From Pseudomonadota bacterium (GTDB lineage: Bacteria > Bdellovibrionota > Bdellovibrionia > Bdellovibrionales > SG-bin7), in the NCBI GenBank assembly GCA_034439715.1, contig JAWXAY010000088.1, forward strand, positions 1 to 31,822: DNA of 31,822 nt, written 5' to 3'. Below are positions 15,627 through 23,356 of the stretch, piece by piece. A program made the translations under genes and the position numbers. Numbering within the stretch: the stretch's first letter is position 1; each line of letters starts with the position of its first letter. A model generated the notes under the pieces. That model saw only the letters and a list, made by a program, of their open reading frames with translations, was not told the origin of the DNA and did not search any database.

Positions 15627-17919
15627 AATGGCATTCGCCCTGTTGCTTTTGACTTCACTCTGCCTCACTAGTTGTAGTTGGTTTCGAGATAACCCCAACG
15701 GCAAAGACAGAAAAGTCATAGTCGTCGATTTAGAAGGCGGTGGTTGCCTTAAAGACTGGAGTGGGCGGATAAACCGTTACTTTGATGGTCACGGCAATGC
15801 AGATCAGGTGAATGAGTTTTGGGGCTGTTTGGACGCTGTAGTAGTTGAGTTTCAAAAACAAGCGACTACGAGAGACCTAGAAGGTTACAAGATTGAAAAA
15901 TTAAGAATCTTGATTCAGAAAGTTTTTTTAGGAAAGAAGTTAGTTCCCGACAGTCTTGTGAAACACCTTATTTCTTTGAAACAAGCCATTTTTGGGGGAG
16001 ACACCGAATATCTGTCGTTTAAGGAAATTGAAAGGCTACATTTGTTTATTTCTAAATTTTGGCAATCAAGCTTAAGTCTTTTGCCTCACGCCAGCGTTTT
16101 AAGTCTATCCGAAACAAAAGCCCATGAAAGCCAAGTGTATGCAGCAGTTAACGAACTTACTCTGCAGGCCAAAATTTGGAGCCAAACTCTAGGAGTGATT
16201 CATCGAAGCTATGAAATTGCCAATTTGATGTCGACCTGGAATGAAATTCATGACTATTTTGACAGACCGGTAAGCGAAAACGAAAAAGTCGACCTAAATA
16301 AAAAATTGGAACTAGCTAAGGCAGTAAAATCGGTACTAATTAATCCACCCGGTGATTCAATATTGAAACAGGATTGGCCACGCCTTTATGTCAAACTGGG
16401 TAATTTATGGGGCGCCTATGTGACCTATCATTACTTGGTTGAGGACCCCGATATCAAGAACATCCTTAGGTCTCCGAAGCTCGCTCATACTCAATCCGTA
16501 GCAGAGATGCTCATTGAAGAACTCAAAGACGGCAGTGATTTTCATCAAGGTGGCACCATCGGCCTGAAGGAATTGAATCAATTAGTCATTAGTCTGAAAG
16601 CATTAAATTGGCTTGTTCCTGAAGGCGTTAAAGCCGAGTCTGTGGCGCAGGTTCTTAATAGATTATCACGGACTATTTTTCGTGAAGAATTAGAATTCAC
16701 CTCAAATGCTAACTTGGGTCTTGGCAAAAAAGCACTGACTAGAATTGAAAAAGAAATTAGCTCATGGTTTTTACATCAGCAGTTTGTAAGCACCGTATTT
16801 GAAGGAGCTAAGGATTTTGAGAGTCATGAAAACATTTTGGCGCTATCAAATGCTTGGAGAAGTACAAAGGCCTGGACAACAAGTTTTACAGAAATCTTAT
16901 TACAATATAAATTGGGCCCCACCTTGTTAGATAATTCATTTCTTCGCCAAATTGGTGGCGATCCTGTCTTGGGGCGCCGTCACAACTTTATGTCGCTGAC
17001 TCACTTAAACTGGTTTAATTCTTTTTATAGAATTGTTATTCAGGGATATGCCAAAAGTCCTGAGAGTCGAGAAAAACTCTCAAATCTCTCTGGCAGCGAG
17101 TTTCAACAGTTTTACGAGGACGTCTATCCCGTTGGAGTTGATTTGGGTTTACTGGATCCCCACGTTAAGACTGCGGGAAGACGCACGTTAAAAGAGGCTA
17201 ATTTTTTTACAGTTAGCGGTAACGGAGATCTTTGGATGTCGATGAATGAGGGGGCTGAAGAAATCGGTCTCTTGATGTCGGGCGGTAGCACTGCCAAAAG
17301 TATTCTCGAGGACATGCAACTGCTCTGTCGCAGTTGTGCACAGTCACAAATTGATTCCTTTGGTAACATGAAGGTAGACAAACGATATCTTTTTAAAACC
17401 TTTGATAAAAATTATGAAAAATATTTTAGGGGACTTCCCGATATGAGCGCCTATTATTCGGGGTTGAGTTTAGATAAAAGAAACGAATTCCTCATTCAAT
17501 ACCTTGAGGCCTCTTTGGATTCCATTAACCAAATAGATATGGGATTGCCAGAACTGAGAGTGTTTTCGGTTCTTTTTTATTTTACAGAATCTTTGATGCT
17601 CAAATTTGATCGCGATAGGTCGGGTTACCTAGATCTCTTAGAGGTTGAGGCGGCGTTTCCGACCTTTGAAATGTTGTTTGCTGAAGTTTGGCAGAAGCAA
17701 ACGGGTAGTGTTGGCTCTTACGAGGACCTCATGGCGGTTTTTGTTTACCTGTTACACAATGGCGAAGTTTTGCAAGCCGGCGATGGTTGGATTAGTAAGT
17801 TTAGAGCTTGGAAAACATTGAGAAAATATAAAAATGATCGTCATGAATTAGGGGTTCATGTGAGTCGCATGGGCCTGTCAAAGGTATTCAGTGTTATGAG
17901 AAAACACTTGAGCCGCTAG
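15616..17919 (+). CDS. Large helical lipoprotein with EF-hand-like Ca2+ loop(s)
   Basis: SD GGGGAG before ATG 15616; lipobox LTS-C; canonical loop DRDRSGYLDLLE (17608-17643); overlaps the barrel gene by 11 nt. Confidence 0.75.
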   Translation: MFSKMAFALLLLTSLCLTSCSWFRDNPNGKDRKVIVVDLEGGGCLKDWSGRINRYFDGHGNADQVNEFWGCLDAVVVEFQKQATTRDLEGYKIEKLRILIQKVFLGKKLVPDSLVKHLISLKQAIFGGDTEYLSFKEIERLHLFISKFWQSSLSLLPHASVLSLSETKAHESQVYAAVNELTLQAKIWSQTLGVIHRSYEIANLMSTWNEIHDYFDRPVSENEKVDLNKKLELAKAVKSVLINPPGDSILKQDWPRLYVKLGNLWGAYVTYHYLVEDPDIKNILRSPKLAHTQSVAEMLIEELKDGSDFHQGGTIGLKELNQLVISLKALNWLVPEGVKAESVAQVLNRLSRTIFREELEFTSNANLGLGKKALTRIEKEISSWFLHQQFVSTVFEGAKDFESHENILALSNAWRSTKAWTTSFTEILLQYKLGPTLLDNSFLRQIGGDPVLGRRHNFMSLTHLNWFNSFYRIVIQGYAKSPESREKLSNLSGSEFQQFYEDVYPVGVDLGLLDPHVKTAGRRTLKEANFFTVSGNGDLWMSMNEGAEEIGLLMSGGSTAKSILEDMQLLCRSCAQSQIDSFGNMKVDKRYLFKTFDKNYEKYFRGLPDMSAYYSGLSLDKRNEFLIQYLEASLDSINQIDMGLPELRVFSVLFYFTESLMLKFDRDRSGYLDLLEVEAAFPTFEMLFAEVWQKQTGSVGSYEDLMAVFVYLLHNGEVLQAGDGWISKFRAWKTLRKYKNDRHELGVHVSRMGLSKVFSVMRKHLSR

Positions 17920-18061
17920 TGACAAGAATTGTTTCTAAATGTGAATTAGTTTTCACTGCATGTTTTGCACAGGGAAATCTTACAATCTTCTGTTGCTGCC
18001 TTAAGAGATCTGTTCCACTTAACAAGCTGAGTTACCTGTAAAAATGGGATTCGATCGTGCC

Positions 18062-18077
18062 TGGTATGCGAATTGCT
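18062..18077 (+). promoter_or_regulatory. Sigma54 -24/-12 promoter TGGTATG-CGAA-TTGCT
   Basis: GG-N10-GC spacing exact; 40 nt upstream of ATG 18118. Confidence 0.7.
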
Positions 18078-18117
18078 CTCTAGTCTTCAAAACAACCAAA
18101 GGAAAAGGGGAAATATT

Positions 18118-18762
18118 ATGAATAAATTAACTGTTCTGGTAAGTATAATAGGTCTAATGGTTACAGCCTGTGGAACGCGTCATGGTCGAATTAGCGGAGG
18201 AAAAGCTCCCGTCAAGATGACAATGTTTGAAAAAACAGATCTACAGATTAGCCAATCGTTAAAAACGGCTTGGGGTAAAGAATGGGATGAGAAAGATCCT
18301 AAATCTCAAGAGCTAGCTAATGAGATTTCTGGGGTGGGGGTTGTCACTAATAGTAGGGTCGGCGACTCAGAAAACGTAACGGTCACTATCGTGCATACGG
18401 ACTGTAAAGTTCCCGACGTTACGATGGCACAGAACATTAAGCCAGGGTCTGAGGCACAAACAATAGAGTCGGCACCTTACAAAGTGCAAATTAAGTGCGT
18501 GAGTAAGGATCAATCTTGTAACGAATACTCAGTTTTGATCACTAAAGTTGATGCGGATAAAAACTCGGCGGGTTCTGTGGCCGTATTTGTTCGTCAAAAC
18601 ATGAATGACTTTAAGAAAGTCGGGGACGAGAAAATTACTAATGAGCACACCCAAGTATGGTGGGTAAAAACCAATGCCGAACCGATGATCGCTTCAAAAG
18701 CGACTACGGCCAAAGCAGAAGTTTGCAAAGAAGAATCACCTGCGCCCAGCGAAGGTAAGTAA
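18118..18762 (+). CDS. Hypothetical lipoprotein
   Basis: MNKLTVLVSIIGLMVTA-C lipobox; purine-rich SD; four further Cys. Confidence 0.8.
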   Translation: MNKLTVLVSIIGLMVTACGTRHGRISGGKAPVKMTMFEKTDLQISQSLKTAWGKEWDEKDPKSQELANEISGVGVVTNSRVGDSENVTVTIVHTDCKVPDVTMAQNIKPGSEAQTIESAPYKVQIKCVSKDQSCNEYSVLITKVDADKNSAGSVAVFVRQNMNDFKKVGDEKITNEHTQVWWVKTNAEPMIASKATTAKAEVCKEESPAPSEGK

Positions 18763-18812
18763 TCTAGGAGCGATGTTCTAATAGGGGAATTGTTAGATTG
18801 AGGGAGAACTCT

Positions 18813-18852
18813 AAAGGGGTTGGGCTCGAATGAGCTTAACCCCTTTTTTTTT
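18813..18852 (+). terminator. Rho-independent terminator
   Basis: AAAGGGGTTGGGCTC-GAAT-GAGCTTAACCCC followed by a T9 run. Confidence 0.9.
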
Positions 18853-18861
18853 GTCTTTTTT

Positions 18862-18876
18862 GTCTCAAAATGAGAC
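18862..18876. promoter_or_regulatory. Palindrome GTCTCA-AAA-TGAGAC, candidate transcription-factor site
   Basis: Perfect 6-3-6 palindrome ending 11 nt before a sigma28 -35 box; related sites at 21745 and 30935-30992. Confidence 0.55.
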
Positions 18877-18887
18877 GCCATATGGAC

Positions 18888-18914
18888 TAAAGTTCTGCCG
18901 TTTCATTCCGATAA
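18888..18914 (+). promoter_or_regulatory. Sigma28 (FliA)-type promoter TAAA-N15-TCCGATAA
   Basis: TAAAgttctgccgtttcatTCCGATAA: one mismatch to consensus, exact spacing. Confidence 0.8.
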
Positions 18915-18921
18915 ATACCTT

Positions 18922-19422
18922 ATGATAACAACCAACAAAATAGTCGTGGCTTTTATTTCATTCACGTTAGTAACTATCACTTATTCAAACTGCTCTCAGG
19001 TGCCCACGGGTAGCCTCTACAGTAGTTCTGAGTACTGTAAGGAGCCACAGCAGCAAAACTGTAAAGGCAATTTATATGAGGTGGGGTTTGATTCTGCATT
19101 TCTGCCAGCATATGCCCTAAATACGGGGAACGCGATCATAGGCTATACGGGGGCTTGTTACGCTGGTGGCTACCCAGTAGCGAAAATTGAATATCGCTTA
19201 TTTCAGTCTTCGAATAATGGCGATTATCAGTGGAAGGGCAACACGGAGTGCGTTGGTGGGCAGTTTATTATTAACAGCACAACGCTACCTAGTAATTTTA
19301 CTTATGGTCAAGCCAACCACTTGCTCCTAAGCATAAAAGTTTATGACAGCGTTGATTCAAATACGCCACTTAATAAAATACCAAAAGAAGCGGTAGTGCC
19401 AATCTCTAGCACAGCCCCTTGA
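18922..19422 (+). CDS. Hypothetical exported protein/lipoprotein (atypical YSN-C lipobox)
   Basis: Hydrophobic N-terminus ending TYSNCS; Cys-containing, beta-rich mature part. Confidence 0.7.
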   Translation: MITTNKIVVAFISFTLVTITYSNCSQVPTGSLYSSSEYCKEPQQQNCKGNLYEVGFDSAFLPAYALNTGNAIIGYTGACYAGGYPVAKIEYRLFQSSNNGDYQWKGNTECVGGQFIINSTTLPSNFTYGQANHLLLSIKVYDSVDSNTPLNKIPKEAVVPISSTAP

Positions 19423-19445
19423 CCCCTATAAAATATTTCAGTTTA

Positions 19446-20528
19446 TTAATTTAAAGTCGCACTTGAAATTGCGTCTTCCCATTGTTTAGCCATATGGTTA
19501 ATCGGCTCAATTACCTGCAATTTGTTTAAAGGTAGTGAGCGAACATAAGAGGCCTTGAGCATGGGGTGCAGAACTTCGTCTTCGAGGCTTGTGAGCGTAG
19601 TCGCCATGTGCGTCTGTTGCACCAATGAGCGCGCCACATCTTTTTGCAGTAAGTAATTTATAAAACGGTAGACCTGAGCTGATTTGTTTGTGCCCTTGGC
19701 AATGACTAAGGACTCTGTCCAAAGCGTAGCGGATTCATCAGGTAACACAAAGATATAATCCGAGTTACGCGCCAGCGGGATCGAAGCCAAGCCTTGTGGC
19801 AGCTCAGCGACCCAGACGTCCTCTTTGCCTAAGAGCTTTAAGGCTTGAACTGCGCTATATTTGGCAAAGGGCAAAATATCATTTAGAGATTTTTTCAAAT
19901 TGGACCCATCATCAGCAATTGATTTTTCGCTCAGAGAGTTTCGGCGAATAAGTCCCGACATGATTTCTCGGGGTTCATTGAGCAGAGCCGTGTGTGCCAA
20001 TATGTTGGGGTCATTAAAAATATCGACCCAAGACTGAATTTTTTTGCCGACTTTTGTTTTGTTGTAGACGATTCCATTGGCGCCCCAAAAAAGTGGAACA
20101 GAATAGAATAGATCACGGTCTTGCGGTAACTGCCTAAAATCAGCAGCAATTAATCTTAACAAGGGGATTTCGCCTTTTTTTAAAGGCTCTAGCAAGTGGG
20201 TATCAATGGCAGAGGGTATCTGCCACGAAGCAATCGATACTAAATCGTAGTCATGGGTAGGATCTGAGAGTCGGCTAAAAAAATCGCTACTTGACGTGGC
20301 CACATCCTGTTCAATAAGAATTTTCTCGTCATTCAGAAAGCGCTCAATCATTGGTGCGGAAAGCCACTTGCGATAGGTGAGTAGTCGAATTTGATGGTTA
20401 AATTTTGGCTTCATCGTTTTAAAGTAGAAAACGGAACCAGCGCCTATAGCGGCACCGGTCAGGGTGCCAACAATCAATGCTAATACTAAGAAGGCTGATT
20501 GCCTTTTTGAATTTTGGAGAGCCATCAA
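19446..20528 (-). CDS. PotD/PotF-like polyamine ABC transporter substrate-binding protein (orphan)
   Basis: YDLV, YSVPLFWGANGIVYN, SWVDIF, PDESATLWTESLVI and FINYLL motifs; N-terminal membrane anchor. Confidence 0.8.
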   Translation of the reverse strand: MMALQNSKRQSAFLVLALIVGTLTGAAIGAGSVFYFKTMKPKFNHQIRLLTYRKWLSAPMIERFLNDEKILIEQDVATSSSDFFSRLSDPTHDYDLVSIASWQIPSAIDTHLLEPLKKGEIPLLRLIAADFRQLPQDRDLFYSVPLFWGANGIVYNKTKVGKKIQSWVDIFNDPNILAHTALLNEPREIMSGLIRRNSLSEKSIADDGSNLKKSLNDILPFAKYSAVQALKLLGKEDVWVAELPQGLASIPLARNSDYIFVLPDESATLWTESLVIAKGTNKSAQVYRFINYLLQKDVARSLVQQTHMATTLTSLEDEVLHPMLKASYVRSLPLNKLQVIEPINHMAKQWEDAISSATLN

Positions 20529-20577
20529 TAGAAATTATCGCCAATTGTAGCGACTAAAGTCAAAGGACTCACAACTC

Positions 20578-21621
20578 TTATTTAATGGTAGCTGGATCGA
20601 AGTCGATAACAATCTCGGCGCCCTGGGCCGGAACTGCTCCATTGTGGAATCTAATACTGTTAGAAGCCGCATTATAAGTCCAACCGTTAGTGGCCGAGTT
20701 AGGCACAACTGCGCTGTTTACACGAACGAAGATCGTGTCAACATTAGGCTCGCGATCTAAAAAAAATTCCGACGAGTTCTCTAATATACTTTGAGATATG
20801 GCACCCAGCGAGCCAGCAAAGTCGTCACAAAGGCTGCTTTTCACGCCATCAGTTGCGTCGACAAGCTGTCCCACGCGCTGAGCGATAATTCGGCCGGCCC
20901 CACTGCTATTTAAGAATGTTTTGCAAGCGTCATCAAAGATGGCGATGGCATGTGTAGTAAATCTTGCATTTGCACCTGAGGAGTTGGTGAAGGACTCTAA
21001 GAATGAAACATAGGTATTGACAGGATACATCAAGGCATCAGCATAGTTGTGGTTGTTTGAAGCCGAGTGATTTCGTGAGAAGTCATCTTCGTCGGTGACC
21101 ATAACAACGGCAAGATGAGAGTCAGATCGCAAAAAACCAGAATTTAAAGGATTGATAAGACTCTGGTGAAAGCTCTGAAACATGCGCTCATCCCCACTGC
21201 CACTCGTACCCAATAATATATTAGTCATAAATGTGGGTATCAAATTAGGGGTGTTCGGATAAATAACAAAAACGTTTGAGTGAGTGGTGCCGTTGCCATC
21301 TCGAAATTTAGACAAACTGAGATTGTTTTGATAAAGCGAGCGGTAAGCATCTGTTCCCGTTACGGCTATTCGATAATCATAACCTTTGGTCACGAAATCA
21401 TTGATAAAGACGTTAAAATTATCAGCCACATTTTGTTGTGAGGTTTGCATAGAGCCTGAGTTATCCATCACCCATAAGATGTCGACTTTGGCATTAAGTT
21501 TTGTCGAGTTTTGGATAAAGCGAATTTGTTCGGGCAAAAGAGATATAGAAGGATCTCTTTCTCCGCAAGCAACCAGTTGAGTAACTAAAATTATTAAACT
21601 TATTAAATTCAGGGCTTTCAT
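20578..21621 (-). CDS. vWA-domain lipoprotein (CglB-like adhesin)
   Basis: Lipobox LVA-C, MIDAS motif VDILWVMDNSGSM, LAVVMVTDEDD; SD GGAGG. Confidence 0.8.
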   Translation of the reverse strand: MKALNLISLIILVTQLVACGERDPSISLLPEQIRFIQNSTKLNAKVDILWVMDNSGSMQTSQQNVADNFNVFINDFVTKGYDYRIAVTGTDAYRSLYQNNLSLSKFRDGNGTTHSNVFVIYPNTPNLIPTFMTNILLGTSGSGDERMFQSFHQSLINPLNSGFLRSDSHLAVVMVTDEDDFSRNHSASNNHNYADALMYPVNTYVSFLESFTNSSGANARFTTHAIAIFDDACKTFLNSSGAGRIIAQRVGQLVDATDGVKSSLCDDFAGSLGAISQSILENSSEFFLDREPNVDTIFVRVNSAVVPNSATNGWTYNAASNSIRFHNGAVPAQGAEIVIDFDPATIK

Positions 21622-21636
21622 GGCTTCCTCCAGCTA

Positions 21637-21657
21637 AAGCACAATCCAATTGTGCTT
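21637..21657. repeat. Perfect inverted repeat AAGCACAAT-CCA-ATTGTGCTT just upstream of the vWA gene SD
   Basis: 9-bp arms, 3-nt loop. Confidence 0.7.
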
Positions 21658-21882
21658 ATTACGTCCTATGTATAGGTTACGGGGGATTACAAAGATTCAC
21701 AAAAAACCCCTAAGGGCTTAACAAGGGCGAACAATCCGCGCACAGTCGCCATTTGAGACAAGCTAAGTTGCAGTAATCATAGTGAAAGTAAAAATGAGTA
21801 AGAAAAATTAATTATTTTGTCTGTCAAAGCTGTGGACAAAAAAACCAACTTTAAAAGAGAAAAAAAATGTTTAGAAAACTGT

Positions 21883-22779
21883 CTAAATATTTGATGGTTC
21901 ACAGCGGTCAAGACAAGGGGCGCCTTCAATCTCTGTTTCAATTGTGCAATGAAATTTACCAAAGGGTTTTAATAATTCGCGACAAGTATTTTTGAGTGAC
22001 GCTACGGCCCCAGGGCTCAGTTCTGGCGAAATCTCAATATGATACGAGATTATATGCTGTTCGCCATCGAGCGACCAAACATGGATGTCGTGCACACCTG
22101 TGATGCCCTGAACTTTTTTAATCTCAGACAGATATTTCGCTTGATCAAAATTAACGGGATGGGCCTGTAAGAATAAATTGGCCGCACGGAAAAGGTTGCG
22201 AACAGCGTTAAAAAGCGTAAAACCTGCAATAGCCATGGCCATCGCGCCGTCTAGCCATGTCCATTGAAAAAACATCAAAAGAATAGACCCCAGCAAGATG
22301 GACACCCAGCCCAAAAGGTCCTCTAGCATATGTAAAGAAATGGCTTTTTCATTAAGGCTAGTCCCTTTATTTAGGGTCAAAAAAGCCCAGCCATTAAAGA
22401 GGATTCCTAGGAGCGCTAAGCCAAACATGATTTTGCTGTTGGGTAGCGTTACACTGTTGATGTTTTGCCATGAGTGAAAGAGGATTAATAGCGAACCAAT
22501 TATCAAAATGCCACTTACGAACAACGAAGAAAGTAGGGAAAGGCGTTTATACCCATAGCTAAATTTTTTTGTGGCCTGCTTTGTCGATATTTTTTCTAAA
22601 ATCCAGGCTAAAAATAGCGTGAGGCTATCGCCAAGATCGTGAAGGGCGTCTGCGATAATAGCAAAGCTGCCAGCGTAAATTCCGCCAACTAGCTCAATTC
22701 CCACGAAAACCAGGTTAATTAATAGCGCGACGTAGATATTTTTGACAGATTTGTGACTATGCCCAGCGCTGCACTCCAT
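21883..22779 (-). CDS. Cation diffusion facilitator (CzcD/ZitB-like Zn/Co/Cd efflux)
   Basis: ADALHDLGD, FSYGYKR, LHMLEDLLG, VHDIHVWSL and HCTIE motifs. Confidence 0.93.
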   Translation of the reverse strand: MECSAGHSHKSVKNIYVALLINLVFVGIELVGGIYAGSFAIIADALHDLGDSLTLFLAWILEKISTKQATKKFSYGYKRLSLLSSLFVSGILIIGSLLILFHSWQNINSVTLPNSKIMFGLALLGILFNGWAFLTLNKGTSLNEKAISLHMLEDLLGWVSILLGSILLMFFQWTWLDGAMAMAIAGFTLFNAVRNLFRAANLFLQAHPVNFDQAKYLSEIKKVQGITGVHDIHVWSLDGEQHIISYHIEISPELSPGAVASLKNTCRELLKPFGKFHCTIETEIEGAPCLDRCEPSNI

Positions 22780-22807
22780 CTAAATATTATTGGCTTTGCT
22801 ATTCCTT

Positions 22808-22836
22808 TTGACAATGTAAATATTGTTTTCGACAAT
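22808..22836 (+). promoter_or_regulatory. Candidate sigma70 promoter TTGACA-N17-GACAAT
   Basis: Consensus -35 and 17-nt spacer upstream of the 22860 gene (SD GGGAG). Confidence 0.55.
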
Positions 22837-22859
22837 GAAGAAAAAATGGGAGAAATGAT

Positions 22860-23351
22860 ATGAAAATGAAAATATTAAAAGTTACAGGGCTTCTTTTTGC
22901 AGGTCTTTTATTGGGCCAAACAGCTTTTGCCAGCATGAGCATTCAATGTAATAATAGTGACTGTTTAAGTTTTGGCTGGGCCTATAACGATGTTTCTAAA
23001 GGGACCAGCGGTCAGGTGCAGTGTATAGAAAATAACTGCTTTAATTACGGTTGGGATGTTTACGACACCTTCGGCACCACCAATGTTCGCTGCATCAACA
23101 ATAGTTGCTTTAATAATGGTTGGACTGAAACTGTCAACGGACGTTTTGCGAGTAATGTTTCTTGTTTTGGGAGCGACTGTTTGAGAAACGGTTGGCAAAC
23201 TTCTCAACAGGGACGGCGCTTGGTGACAAATTGTAACAATAATAATTGTGCGACAAATGGTTGGAGTACTTTCGTACCCAATGTTGGGAATTTTGATGCC
23301 ACATGTCACGGTGGTGCTTGCTTTATCAATGGCTGGACGGTAACTCCGTAG
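22860..23351 (+). CDS. Secreted Cys-rich protein made of six Cx4Cx3GW repeats
   Basis: Signal peptide (AFA-S); CNNSDCLSFGW, CIENNCFNYGW, CINNSCFNNGW, CFGSDCLRNGW, CNNNNCATNGW, CHGGACFINGW. Confidence 0.85.
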   Translation: MKMKILKVTGLLFAGLLLGQTAFASMSIQCNNSDCLSFGWAYNDVSKGTSGQVQCIENNCFNYGWDVYDTFGTTNVRCINNSCFNNGWTETVNGRFASNVSCFGSDCLRNGWQTSQQGRRLVTNCNNNNCATNGWSTFVPNVGNFDATCHGGACFINGWTVTP

Positions 23352-23356
23352 TTGTT

